64,000 bases of DNA. It comes from Gammaproteobacteria bacterium. Its GTDB lineage: Bacteria > Pseudomonadota > Gammaproteobacteria > Eutrophobiales > Eutrophobiaceae. Where the stretch lies: positions 1,338,264 through 1,402,263 of the forward strand of contig OZ250183.1 in NCBI GenBank assembly GCA_965238225.1. Direction: 5' to 3'. The notes below the pieces were generated by a model. The model searched no databases and was not told where the DNA came from. It saw nothing but the letters and a program-made list of their open reading frames with translations. Positions 21,373 through 31,789 of the stretch are shown piece by piece. The position numbers and the translations under genes are program-made. Every line of letters begins with the position of its first letter. Position 1 is the first letter of the stretch.

Positions 21373-23628
21373 TTGAATAAATATTTCATCATATCAACTC
21401 TAATCATGTCTATATTTTTGACTCCCGTCATATCCGTCATGGCAAGTGAAGCAAAGTTAGATTGGTCGCTATGCGCAGACTCATCAAACATCCCCGCACG
21501 TCCAGTCGTTTTTCCTAAATTGACATTAGACGAAATACACATTACGGCAGATAATGCTGATGTGAAAGCAAAAGAAACCTCTACACTAGATGGAAATGTT
21601 GAGATTATGCATAATGATCAACACATCAAATCCAACCATGCTCAATTCAACCGAGCAGATGATGTTGCTGATTTGCAAGGTAATATTCAGTATTGGGATA
21701 AATCACTTTATCTGGAAGCTGATAAAGCACATATTGAATTCAAAGCCGATACTGGTCAATTCGAAAATACTAAGTATGTACTCAAAGATACTCATGGGCA
21801 TGGGCAAAGCGCTAATCTCGAGATGAAGAGTAATAATGAAATTAATTTAAAAAACGCCGACTACAGTACCTGCGATCCAAAAAATAAACTCTGGTCTCTA
21901 TCTGTAAAAGAAATTAATTTTGATCGCGTAAAAGAATGGGGTAGTGCTAAAAACATCATATTTAAAATTAAAGATATGCCGATATTTTACAGCCCATACA
22001 TATCATTCCCTTTAAACAAGAAAAGAAAGACCGGGTTTTTAATGCCCAGCGTGGAAAATTCAAATCGACATGGCTTTCAAACACAAACACCTTTTTATTG
22101 GAATATAGCCCCGCAAACGGACGCGACATTGACTCCCAGATTGCTCGCGGATAGCGGTGTAATGCTGATGGGCGAATTTCGTCATGTATATAAAAATGGC
22201 GACATCCAAATCCGCACTGAATATCTCCCCAGTGATAAACAATTCGACGACAAGAATAGAAACCTCCTTGGATTGAAACATCAATATAAGTTTGCAAGCA
22301 ATGGTAAATTCTCATTAAACTATAACAGGGTATCTGATAAACAATATTTTGAAGATTTTGGCGCGTCTCTTGGCATCACCAGCACACGTTTTCTACAACA
22401 ACGTGGTGATATTTCATATGTTGCGAATTGGTGGGGTGCCAGTATGAGACTGGAAAATTACCAGCTTGTTACCCAAACAACCACTGTCGCTGGCAGGCCG
22501 TATAAACGTCTACCGCAAATAAATTTCAATGCACATTCCCCGAACGGTACTAACAAATTTTATTATGATTTAAATGGTGCATTTACATATTTCGATCGCG
22601 ATAATGACGTAAGCTTTGTAGATAACGTACTTGGCACAAGGCTTAATTTATTACCTTCTGTAAGCTATCCATATAGAACTGCTTCTATGTTCGTGACACC
22701 AAAAATTAGTTTGCATTTTACACAATACGATCTACATAATACAAACACATTTGAATCAAGCCCTAGTCGCTTATTGCCCGTGGTAAGTATTGATAGTGGC
22801 ATTTTTCTTGAACGTGATTTCTCTTTATTTGGAAAAAGAACATTACAAACACTCGAACCTAAACTTTTTTACCTTTATATCCCTAAAGAAAATCAGGATA
22901 ATTTACCTATATTTGACACCGATACTTATGATTTCTCTTTCGATTCATTATTCAGAGAATATCGCTTTAGCGGTAATGATCGCGTTGGTGATGCTAACCA
23001 ATTGACTTTGGCATTGACCTCGCACCTCATAGACCATAATACTGGTAAAGAAAAAGCTTATTTAAATTTAGGGAAAATTTATTATTTGGATAATAGGGAA
23101 GTGATTTTACCTAATAATTTAAGAATTGATGGTGAAAGCTCGCCATTCATCGCAGCATTTGGTGTGAAATTATCTAATCACTGGGGATTCAGAAGTGAAC
23201 TGCACTGGAATCCAAATTCAAACACGACTGAAAAATTGCTCGCACAAATTCAATACAAACCAACGACAACCAAGACAATCAATCTTAGCTATCGTGTTCG
23301 CGACACCTCTAATGCTGGTGACAATCTAGCAAACATTGAGCAGAGTAATCTCTCCTTTCATTGGCCGTTTAACCAGAGTTGGAGCATAGTTGGTCGATGG
23401 AATTATGCAACCGCAAAAAACAAGTCATTGGAAATTTTCGGTGGTATTGAATATGATGGTTGCTGCTTTGCTTTCAAAACAATTACTCGGCGATTTTTAA
23501 CTAATATAAATGGAGACTTTGATACAGGCGTATTTTTTTACCTTGAGTTCAAAGGTCTTGCAGATACTGGGCATAAAACGATAGACTTTCTGAGGCAAAG
23601 AATTCCCGGTTATGAGGGCAATTTTTAA
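21373..23628 (+). CDS. lptD: LPS-assembly outer-membrane protein LptD
   Basis: 751 aa with a signal peptide and a large beta-barrel. Conserved position upstream of surA-pdxA-rsmA. Confidence 0.85.
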   Translation: MNKYFIISTLIMSIFLTPVISVMASEAKLDWSLCADSSNIPARPVVFPKLTLDEIHITADNADVKAKETSTLDGNVEIMHNDQHIKSNHAQFNRADDVADLQGNIQYWDKSLYLEADKAHIEFKADTGQFENTKYVLKDTHGHGQSANLEMKSNNEINLKNADYSTCDPKNKLWSLSVKEINFDRVKEWGSAKNIIFKIKDMPIFYSPYISFPLNKKRKTGFLMPSVENSNRHGFQTQTPFYWNIAPQTDATLTPRLLADSGVMLMGEFRHVYKNGDIQIRTEYLPSDKQFDDKNRNLLGLKHQYKFASNGKFSLNYNRVSDKQYFEDFGASLGITSTRFLQQRGDISYVANWWGASMRLENYQLVTQTTTVAGRPYKRLPQINFNAHSPNGTNKFYYDLNGAFTYFDRDNDVSFVDNVLGTRLNLLPSVSYPYRTASMFVTPKISLHFTQYDLHNTNTFESSPSRLLPVVSIDSGIFLERDFSLFGKRTLQTLEPKLFYLYIPKENQDNLPIFDTDTYDFSFDSLFREYRFSGNDRVGDANQLTLALTSHLIDHNTGKEKAYLNLGKIYYLDNREVILPNNLRIDGESSPFIAAFGVKLSNHWGFRSELHWNPNSNTTEKLLAQIQYKPTTTKTINLSYRVRDTSNAGDNLANIEQSNLSFHWPFNQSWSIVGRWNYATAKNKSLEIFGGIEYDGCCFAFKTITRRFLTNINGDFDTGVFFYLEFKGLADTGHKTIDFLRQRIPGYEGNF

Positions 23629-24931
23629 AATGAAATTTCACTACATGCATCTTCTGTTTGCAGGCTTTCTCCTTGTATTGCAAACATTTAATTCACTGGC
23701 AACTATGCAGCTAGATCGTATCGTTGCAGTAATTGAAAATAACATTATTATGCAAAGCGAGCTGGATGAAAAACTCCGAACGGTGGCAAGTCAAATGCAA
23801 CAACAAGGCACTGGCCTGCCTCCTCCTAAAACTTTAGAGGCTCAGGTTCTGGAGCGTATGATTATGATGAGAATCCAACTTGAGAAAGCTGAAGAAACAG
23901 GAATCCATGTCGATGATGAAACACTAAACAAAGCAACCAACGGCATAGCATCTGAAAATAATGTCAGCCTAAACAAGTTTAGAGAAATTCTCGAAAAAGA
24001 TGGATTTAGTTATGAAAAATTTCGAGAAAATATACGTAACGAAATTATCATTTCACGACTCCGCCAACGCCAAGTGGACAACCGAGTTTCTATTACCAGT
24101 AAAGAAATCGACAATGCCCTCGCCAATATGGAGTTTCAAGGATATACAGAAACAGAATACCAGTTAAACCACATACTCATACCATTACCAGAAAACCCGA
24201 CTCCAAGTGAAGAAGAGGATGCTCAACTAGCAGCTGAAAAAGTGCTTGAGGCTTTAAAAACAGGACAGGATTTTACAACCACGGCAGAAACTATATCGGA
24301 TAATAAGAAAACACTTGAGACTAATGATTTGGGCTGGCGTAAAAAAAATGACATTCCTACGCTTTTCAGAACTAAGGTTTCCAGCATGGAAAAAGGTGAC
24401 ATCAGCGATCTCATTAAAAGCGCAAGCGGCTTTCATATTATCAAATTAACTGACACGCAAAGCAATGAAAAACATATGATTACACAGATCAGCGCCCGTC
24501 ACATATTGATTAAAGCTGATGAGCTAACCACAGAAGAAATTGCCTTGGGCAAACTAGAACAATTAAAAATACGTCTTGATGGTGGTGATGATTTTTCAAA
24601 GCTGGCTCGATCACATTCGGATGATATGATAAGCGCAGCTGACGGAGGAAACCTTGGTTGGTCTAGTCCTGGGAGACTGGTACCGAAGTTTGAAGAGGTA
24701 ATGAATCAACTCAAAATCGGCGAGATAAGCCAACCTTTTGAGACACAATTTGGCTGGCACATACTGCAGGTTCTAGATCGTAGAGAGCATGACAATACTG
24801 AAAATTCCAGACGAGAAAAAATAGTGGAAATGATTCGTAGAAAAAAATCAACAGAAGCCTACCAAACTTGGTTGCGGCATCTTCGTGATGAGGCCTATGT
24901 AGAATACCGACTAAACGTGAATGAGAATTAA
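23612..24931 (+). CDS. surA: Periplasmic chaperone/peptidyl-prolyl isomerase SurA (alternative start at 23630, MKFHYMHLL…)
   Basis: 439 aa with a signal peptide, SurA N-domain and two parvulin domains (…GWH…). Confidence 0.85.
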   Translation: MRAIFKMKFHYMHLLFAGFLLVLQTFNSLATMQLDRIVAVIENNIIMQSELDEKLRTVASQMQQQGTGLPPPKTLEAQVLERMIMMRIQLEKAEETGIHVDDETLNKATNGIASENNVSLNKFREILEKDGFSYEKFRENIRNEIIISRLRQRQVDNRVSITSKEIDNALANMEFQGYTETEYQLNHILIPLPENPTPSEEEDAQLAAEKVLEALKTGQDFTTTAETISDNKKTLETNDLGWRKKNDIPTLFRTKVSSMEKGDISDLIKSASGFHIIKLTDTQSNEKHMITQISARHILIKADELTTEEIALGKLEQLKIRLDGGDDFSKLARSHSDDMISAADGGNLGWSSPGRLVPKFEEVMNQLKIGEISQPFETQFGWHILQVLDRREHDNTENSRREKIVEMIRRKKSTEAYQTWLRHLRDEAYVEYRLNVNEN

Positions 24932-25958
24932 CAGCAAGCTACCACGTATTATCATCACAACAGGCGAACCTGCAGGCATTGGTCCTGACATCATAGTTCA
25001 AGTTGCCCAAGAAAATATTAACGCTGATATTGTTGTCATAGGCGATCCGGATTTATTGCAGGATCGCGCATCTATATTAGGACTGCCTCTGTCATTAATT
25101 GAATTTAATGATACGAAAAACCAAAAACACACCACCAAAAACCTGAAAATTATTCCTGTTAAAACTAAAACTCATACTATTGCAGGGAATCTTGACACAC
25201 GTAATGTTGAATACGTTCTGTATCTTCTGAAAACTGCCTGTAGAGCTTGTCTTAATCATGAATTTGACGCCATGGTTACTGCCCCAATTCAAAAATCGAT
25301 CATTAATGATGCTGGTATTGTATTCAGTGGCCATACAGAATTTCTTGCAGATATTTGTCAGACCACCTCTGTCATGATGCTGGCAAATCATGCATTAAGA
25401 GTTGCACTGGTTACAACCCACCTGCCCCTGTCAAAGGTAAGCAAGACCATCACCAAAGATAAGCTAATCCAGATTTTGCAAATTATTGAAAGCGATCTTC
25501 GGAATAAATTTTCTATCAACAAGCCCCATATTCTAGTTTGCGGTTTAAACCCGCATGCGGGCGAGAATGGTCATTTAGGGTGTGAAGAAAACGATGTCAT
25601 TATTCCAGCTATTAACACATTAAAAAACCAGGGCTTGGATATAATAGGCCCACAGCCGGCAGATACTGCATTCACACCGAAAATGATCGATAGCTTTGAT
25701 ATTATTGTCGCCATGTATCATGATCAAGGATTGCCTGTATTAAAATCTCTTGGGTTTGGTGAAGTAGTCAATGTTACTTTGGGATTGCCCATAGTCAGAA
25801 CTTCTGTTGATCATGGAACTGCTCTTCAGCTTGCTGGCACAGGCAATGCCTCTCATTCAAGTTTATTAAAAGCAATTCAGTACGCTATTAATATAGCAGG
25901 CAATACATCCAATCGTTTTACTTCTAAAGATGCAACATCACTGATGACGAATGGCTAA
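24921..25958 (+). CDS. pdxA: 4-hydroxythreonine-4-phosphate dehydrogenase
   Basis: 345 aa: …ITTGEPAGIGPDI…GHTEFLA…HGTA…, canonical PdxA. Confidence 0.9.
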   Translation: MRINSKLPRIIITTGEPAGIGPDIIVQVAQENINADIVVIGDPDLLQDRASILGLPLSLIEFNDTKNQKHTTKNLKIIPVKTKTHTIAGNLDTRNVEYVLYLLKTACRACLNHEFDAMVTAPIQKSIINDAGIVFSGHTEFLADICQTTSVMMLANHALRVALVTTHLPLSKVSKTITKDKLIQILQIIESDLRNKFSINKPHILVCGLNPHAGENGHLGCEENDVIIPAINTLKNQGLDIIGPQPADTAFTPKMIDSFDIIVAMYHDQGLPVLKSLGFGEVVNVTLGLPIVRTSVDHGTALQLAGTGNASHSSLLKAIQYAINIAGNTSNRFTSKDATSLMTNG

Positions 25959-25967
25959 CACAGATCA

Positions 25968-26753
25968 ATGGCCGAACATAAAGCAAGAAAAAGATTTGGA
26001 CAGCATTTTCTCCATAACCAAAATGTTGTTCAGCATATTATCACAGCTATAAATCCACAAAAGAATCAGACAATCATTGAAATAGGTCCTGGTAAAGGTG
26101 TGCTTACAGATCCATTGTTAGAGTATGTCGATAAAGTACACGTCCTTGAAGTTGATAGAGATTTAGCTCAGGCTCTAGCCAAGAAATATACGGATGAACA
26201 AAAAATTGTTATTCATTGCATTGATGCATTGACTTATAACTTTAAGGGGTTAGGCAATCAGCATCTGCGTATCATTGGCAACCTGCCCTATAATATCTCA
26301 ACACCTTTGATTTTTTATCTACTGGAAAATAGCCAGTTTATTGAGGATATGGTATTCATGCTTCAAGAAGAAATCATTGATCGTATGTGCGCTGCACCTG
26401 GAAACAAAGATTATGGGCGTCTCTCTGTAATGGTACAGGCTAATTGTCATGTTGAAAAATTGTTCACTGTCAATCCGGACGCATTTTCACCGCCACCCAA
26501 AGTCATGTCAGCAATTATAAAATTACGACCCTATGATAAATTTTTGCAGCAGATTTCGGACTATCCCTGTTTCACACATATCGTAAAACAGGCATTTTCT
26601 CAAAGAAGAAAGACATTAAAAAATTGCTTGAAAGGAATGCTCGGTGAACAACAGATAATGAATCTGGGCATTTCCCCTAAAGCACGAGCAGAAACCCTCT
26701 TAATTGATAATTTTATCCAGCTGGCGAACACTTGCTATGAGAAAAATCAATAG
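25968..26753 (+). CDS. rsmA: 16S rRNA (adenine1518-N6/adenine1519-N6)-dimethyltransferase
   Basis: 261 aa: KRFGQHFL…EIGPGKG…NLPYNISTP, the KsgA family. Confidence 0.9.
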   Translation: MAEHKARKRFGQHFLHNQNVVQHIITAINPQKNQTIIEIGPGKGVLTDPLLEYVDKVHVLEVDRDLAQALAKKYTDEQKIVIHCIDALTYNFKGLGNQHLRIIGNLPYNISTPLIFYLLENSQFIEDMVFMLQEEIIDRMCAAPGNKDYGRLSVMVQANCHVEKLFTVNPDAFSPPPKVMSAIIKLRPYDKFLQQISDYPCFTHIVKQAFSQRRKTLKNCLKGMLGEQQIMNLGISPKARAETLLIDNFIQLANTCYEKNQ

Positions 26754-27135
26754 CTTAGGCTGTGGAAAACTCTGTGAATAAATTTTCTTGATTCATCTGT
26801 GTATTTCCTGAGTTTAAATTTCATATTACCGCTTCATTGTATGATGAGGAATTATAATTATTCTTTATAATCAACAACTTATTTATTTTAATAATTCTTA
26901 CGAATAGTAGCCACTATCAATAAATCACATAGTTTATTATCATTTGGCTTGCTTGTGCATAACAACAGTTAAGCGTATCCATTCAATTGCATTGGCATAT
27001 AACATCATCTTAATCCTGCAAACGCTCAAACAGAAAGCCTGTATGTTTAAATAATCAGATATAACAATTTGGTATGGCGTTTATGCTGGTTCCAAATAAT
27101 AATACGCCTTCAATTTTAAGGAATTACCTTAGGAT

Positions 27136-27672
27136 ATGAAACAAAATAACGCCTTGCATTTATTAACGCATCTCTCAGATAAACTGGAACAATTTAGTGA
27201 TCTCACTGGACAGCTGATTTCATGGCTTGTTTTAACCATGGTCTTGCTGGTGAGTTACGATGTTACCATGCGTTATTTTTTCTTGAGCGGTTCTGTCGCG
27301 CTACAGGAAATGGAATGGCACCTATTTTCCCTGATATTCCTGCTTGGAGGCGCATACACCTTAAAACACGATGATCATGTCAGAATTGATATCTTTTATA
27401 AAAGCAAGTTCATGAATGATAAGCGCAGAGCGTGGTTTAATCTGTTTGGCAGCTTATTTCTATTACTTCCTTTTTGTATTCTAATCATTATTAATGTTTG
27501 GCCTTTCGTTTATCAATCTTATGTTCATCTAGAATATTCTCCTGATCCAGGCGGCTTACCTTATCGCTGGATACTAAAGGCAAGTATACAATTGGGGTTT
27601 ATATTCCTTTTGCTTCAAGGTGTTGCAGATATTATAAAAAATCTCAATATTATCTTCTTCAATAAATCATGA
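27136..27672 (+). CDS. TRAP transporter small permease (DctQ-like)
   Basis: 178 aa with 4 TM segments. Its stop overlaps the start of the DctM-like gene by 4 nt. Confidence 0.7.
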   Translation: MKQNNALHLLTHLSDKLEQFSDLTGQLISWLVLTMVLLVSYDVTMRYFFLSGSVALQEMEWHLFSLIFLLGGAYTLKHDDHVRIDIFYKSKFMNDKRRAWFNLFGSLFLLLPFCILIIINVWPFVYQSYVHLEYSPDPGGLPYRWILKASIQLGFIFLLLQGVADIIKNLNIIFFNKS

Positions 27673-28982
27673 CGACCGCTATTGTCGCCATGTTTGCTAC
27701 GCTTATAACCATGTTATTAGCAGGCTATCCAGTTGCATTCACTCTTGGCTCTGTCGCACTTTTATTCGGCGGCATTTTTTTAGGTCTGGATTTTTTCAGT
27801 TTACTTCCTCTGCAAATCTGGGGAATAATGAATAATTTCACACTGCTGTCTGTGCCATTGTTTATTTTCATGGGTATCACGCTGGATAAATCAGGTTTGG
27901 CTACAGACTTGCTGGAAACCATGGGATTATTATTTGGCAAGATGCGAGGTGGTCTTGCAGTATCAGTAGTAGTAGTTGGTGCATTACTGGCCGCAACCAC
28001 AGGTATTGTCGGCGCAACAGTTGTAACGATGGGTATTATTGCACTACCGACTATGCTCAAACATTACTATTATCCCCCGCTTGCCTTAGGAACCATTGCT
28101 GCGTCCGGCACATTGGGTCAGATCATACCGCCTAGCATCATACTTATCCTGCTTGGTGATGTGATGGGCGTGCCTGTAGGTCGTCTTTTTATTGGCGCTG
28201 TGATTCCAGGAACAATATTGATTACATTTTTCTTGTTATACATTCTTTGTGTTTCCTGGATAAAACCAGATATTGCACCTGCGCTGAAAAATAATAAAAA
28301 CGAATATCTACTCAAAAAAGTTATATTTACATTACTGCCACCCTTGCTATTAATTGCCAGTGTTCTCGGTTCAATCTTTATCGGTATCGCATCGCCTACT
28401 GAGTCTGCTGCAATCGGAGCTCTGGGCGCTATGATACTTTCTATTGCTTACAAAAAATTTACTATAGACAAACTAAAATCTTCCATGCAACTTACAGTGC
28501 GCCTAACCAGCATGGTCTTTATGATTTTAATTGGTGCCATCGCATTTGGTTTAGTATTTCGTGGCATGGGAGGAGCAACGCTGGTTCGTGAAGTAATGAC
28601 AAGCATTCCCGGTGGTATTTGGGGTTTTATGTTTGTCAGTATGTTTTTAATCTTCATTCTAGGTTTCTTTCTGGACTTTCTACAAATCTGTTTTATTGTC
28701 ATACCAATCATTGTACCAATTGCAAATCTTCTGGACATCAATTTACTCTGGTTGGCAATTTTAATTGGTCTCAACCTGCAAACATCCTTTCTAACACCCC
28801 CGTTTGGTTTTTCATTGTTTTACTTGAAGGCTGTTGCACCCCCGGAAATAAAAATTCAGGATATTTATCGCGGAATAATGCCTTTCGTGATGATACAGAT
28901 TTTAACTTTAATATTATTAATTCTATTTCCAAAGCTCATCACATGGCTACCGGATTTAATGGATAGAATAAACGGACTTTAG
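27669..28982 (+). CDS. TRAP transporter large permease (DctM-like)
   Basis: 437 aa and polytopic, typical DctM. No DctP-like binding-protein gene is adjacent. Confidence 0.85.
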   Translation: MTTAIVAMFATLITMLLAGYPVAFTLGSVALLFGGIFLGLDFFSLLPLQIWGIMNNFTLLSVPLFIFMGITLDKSGLATDLLETMGLLFGKMRGGLAVSVVVVGALLAATTGIVGATVVTMGIIALPTMLKHYYYPPLALGTIAASGTLGQIIPPSIILILLGDVMGVPVGRLFIGAVIPGTILITFFLLYILCVSWIKPDIAPALKNNKNEYLLKKVIFTLLPPLLLIASVLGSIFIGIASPTESAAIGALGAMILSIAYKKFTIDKLKSSMQLTVRLTSMVFMILIGAIAFGLVFRGMGGATLVREVMTSIPGGIWGFMFVSMFLIFILGFFLDFLQICFIVIPIIVPIANLLDINLLWLAILIGLNLQTSFLTPPFGFSLFYLKAVAPPEIKIQDIYRGIMPFVMIQILTLILLILFPKLITWLPDLMDRINGL

Positions 28983-29001
28983 AAAATAAACAGATAAAAA
29001 A

Positions 29002-29853
29002 CTACCTTGCAGCCACATACCTGCCTCTCAAACCTTCAATCACCTTGCTGGTGTCAGGACGAACCCCCCTCCAAATAAAAAAAGATTCCGCAGCTTGTTC
29101 AACAAGCATACCTAAACCATCAAATGTTTTACTCGCACCGTGTGCCTTAGCCCAAGAAACAAAAATTGTATCGCTCATCGAATACATCATATCGTAGCAA
29201 CACGCATTATCATTAAAAAGATTTTCAGGCAGCGATGGAACAGTACCCTGCAAGCTAGTCGATGTACCATTTATTACGATATCAAAACTACTTCCGACGA
29301 GCCCATCGAACCCGCAAGCTGAGATATCGCCACGATCAGAAAAAATATCAACAAGCTCACTGGCACGGCTAACCGTACGATTTGCAACAACAATCTTTCC
29401 TGCCTGTTCATCGAATAATGGATCTAAAATCCCTCTAACGGCACCACCTGCCCCAAGCACTAAAATATCTTTACCTTTGATCGGTAATTTCTTATTGATT
29501 GTTAAATCACGAACTAGTCCAACACCATCTGTGTTATCACCAACTATTTTTCCAGTATTAAGGCTAACTGTATTGACAGCCAGTGCGCGTTCAGCCCTGC
29601 TGCTTCTATTTTCCGAGATTTCCCATGCCTCGCCCTTAAATGGCACTGTGATATTCAAACCTTTGCCGCCTTGCGCTTGAAATTCTTTTATTGCCTTTTT
29701 AAATTCTCTATCATCAACCTGAATAGCTTGGTATAAAATATTTTGCTGAGTTTGTTCTGCAAATGCAGTATGAATCTCAGGAGATTTGCTATGCGTGACA
29801 GGATTACCTATCACACAGTAGTTATTGACTGATGGATCTATGTTTATTTTCAT
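29002..29853 (-). CDS. aroE: Shikimate dehydrogenase
   Basis: 283 aa: NVTVPFK…GDNTDG…VLGAGGA…, canonical AroE. Confidence 0.8.
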   Translation of the reverse strand: MKINIDPSVNNYCVIGNPVTHSKSPEIHTAFAEQTQQNILYQAIQVDDREFKKAIKEFQAQGGKGLNITVPFKGEAWEISENRSSRAERALAVNTVSLNTGKIVGDNTDGVGLVRDLTINKKLPIKGKDILVLGAGGAVRGILDPLFDEQAGKIVVANRTVSRASELVDIFSDRGDISACGFDGLVGSSFDIVINGTSTSLQGTVPSLPENLFNDNACCYDMMYSMSDTIFVSWAKAHGASKTFDGLGMLVEQAAESFFIWRGVRPDTSKVIEGLRGRYVAAR

Positions 29854-29890
29854 TTAACCGCGACTAATTAGAACAAATGAAATGAAAAGA

Positions 29891-30940
29891 CTAATTCTTG
29901 CCTTTGCCACCACCCATTAAACCGTTCTTGAGACAGACAACATCCAGACCACGCTCACTTAATAAAAATGCTGCTGCTGCACTGCGTCTACCAGTATCAC
30001 AATAGAGAATATATTGCTTATCTGCAGAAAGCATTCCAACCTTTAGTCGCAACATAAATAATGGAATATTGATACTTTCCTCTTTAAGTCCATCATGTTT
30101 GTACTCACTATCTAGTCGCACATCAAGCCAAACAGCGCCATCTTTTACCATCTCATCACCTTCTTTCTTGGTAACCCAAGTCAACATAGGCTCTTTCAAT
30201 AATTCGTTAAAATCTTTTTTTGCCAAGCGCATCAACACACCATCTGTTACCATCACAACATTGGCATTACGTTTGGCATCTGACAAAAGTGCCTCTTCTC
30301 CAAACGAGACACCGCTTTTGAGTGTTGCAAGCAACAATTCAGAACCAGTTTTTGACGCTCTAGTGACTTTGCATTGTCCATTTTTAATAATGTAGTAAAA
30401 ATCAGCATCATCACCTTGATTAATAATGACATCTCCTGCCTTGGTCGATATTTCCTGAATACGCATAAACATTGCCTGGATATTCCCTGGCGGCACTTGC
30501 AAAAATGCTTTTGACTGCAAGATTCTGATCATCCAATCCTCTTCTTCTGCGTTTTCCGTCTGGATTTCATCAACCGTGATACCTGTTACCTGATCCCAAG
30601 TCATCAAGATATCCAACAGATCTCTGTCTACACGAATAATTTTGCAAACAGATTTAGCAACACCTGTATATCTGCGTGGCTGGAAGTTAGCTAAAGGATG
30701 CTTCCCGGCTTGAGTTCCTGCAACGACAGAAATGCTTTTACCATTACTTGCGGTCATTACAGCCTCGCCTTCAAGCAAGTAGATCGTTTTATTGTCGGTA
30801 TCGCCTTGCTCAAATAGCGTTTTACCTGCCACAATTTCTTCGGAAAATGTTTTGTTTGCAAGCTCCTGAAATTTTTTAGGATTTAATTCGCTAAGCGGTA
30901 CAAACGATCTTAGCAGTGTCTCATCAACCAATTCGGTCAT
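29891..30940 (-). CDS. Protein with two cyclic-nucleotide-binding domains plus a C-terminal rhodanese domain
   Basis: 349 aa with two cNMP-binding-like blocks (…LFEQGDTDNKTIYLLEGEA…; …GDVIINQGDDADFYYIIKNGQ…). The C-terminal rhodanese loop is YCDTGRRS. It lies 38 nt upstream of aroE. Confidence 0.6.
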   Translation of the reverse strand: MTELVDETLLRSFVPLSELNPKKFQELANKTFSEEIVAGKTLFEQGDTDNKTIYLLEGEAVMTASNGKSISVVAGTQAGKHPLANFQPRRYTGVAKSVCKIIRVDRDLLDILMTWDQVTGITVDEIQTENAEEEDWMIRILQSKAFLQVPPGNIQAMFMRIQEISTKAGDVIINQGDDADFYYIIKNGQCKVTRASKTGSELLLATLKSGVSFGEEALLSDAKRNANVVMVTDGVLMRLAKKDFNELLKEPMLTWVTKKEGDEMVKDGAVWLDVRLDSEYKHDGLKEESINIPLFMLRLKVGMLSADKQYILYCDTGRRSAAAAFLLSERGLDVVCLKNGLMGGGKGKN

Positions 30941-30949
30941 GAATTTTTA

Positions 30950-31301
30950 TGTCCTTAGTATTCACATTTATTAAATTCTATATCAAACAATCTAGTGTAT
31001 GAATTTATCATTATATTTACAGACTATCCTGCCATAGAAGAGATGCCATACAGGCAACAGTGAAACACTACATTAAAACGGAAAGAACATTCTTAGCCCG
31101 AACCATGCCTGCATAAAAAAGCGACAAGCCCAGAATGGTCATAAATAATACTAATTACGGTAGCCGTAATCATCCATGACGTGTGTCGCCAGCACTCAGA
31201 TCATCGGCTATGGCTAAAGATGGTGCGAGTAGCCCTGTGATTAATACATGCAGGTATGCCAGTCCTCTGTGCTTTTTAAAACTACCAATTAATGATTTCA
31301 T
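30950..31301 (-). pseudogene. amtB: amtB remnant directly downstream of glnK: N-terminal ~115 codons with in-frame nonsense codons, truncated by the neighbouring gene
   Basis: ATG at 31301-31299 with GGAGG upstream. In-frame read is MKSLIGSF…LAIADDLSAGDTRHG*LRLP*LVLFMTILGLSLFYAGMVRAKNVLSVLM*CFTVACMASLLW. Compare the AmtB motif …ADNAFMMICTALVLFMTIPGIALFYGGLIRGKNVLSMLTQVFVTFALVCILW. Confidence 0.5.
31126..31154. repeat. 29-bp direct repeat, copy 1 (aagcccAgaatggtcataaataatactaa), inside the amtB remnant; copy 2 at 32406-32434
   Basis: Identical except for one A/G. Both copies encode the AmtB LVLFMTI(P/L)GL segment on the minus strand. Confidence 0.8.
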
Positions 31302-31324
31302 CTAAAATGCCTCCCAAATTACCT

Positions 31325-31657
<333 letters not shown>

Positions 31658-31789
31658 TTAGCGGAAACGACTCATGAAATACCGCCCTGAGTATGCGATT
31701 AACACAAATTTTTAAACGCATTTGGAAAGAGTGATCCACGAAAAGCCGGGTGCTAAAGCACACACTTTGAGAGATGAATGATTTGAAAT

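Noticed and set aside
26754-27135. Possible DctP gene or remnant upstream of DctQ
   Set aside because: All six frames across the 380-bp AT-rich segment are full of stops. No binding-protein-like sequence was detectable.
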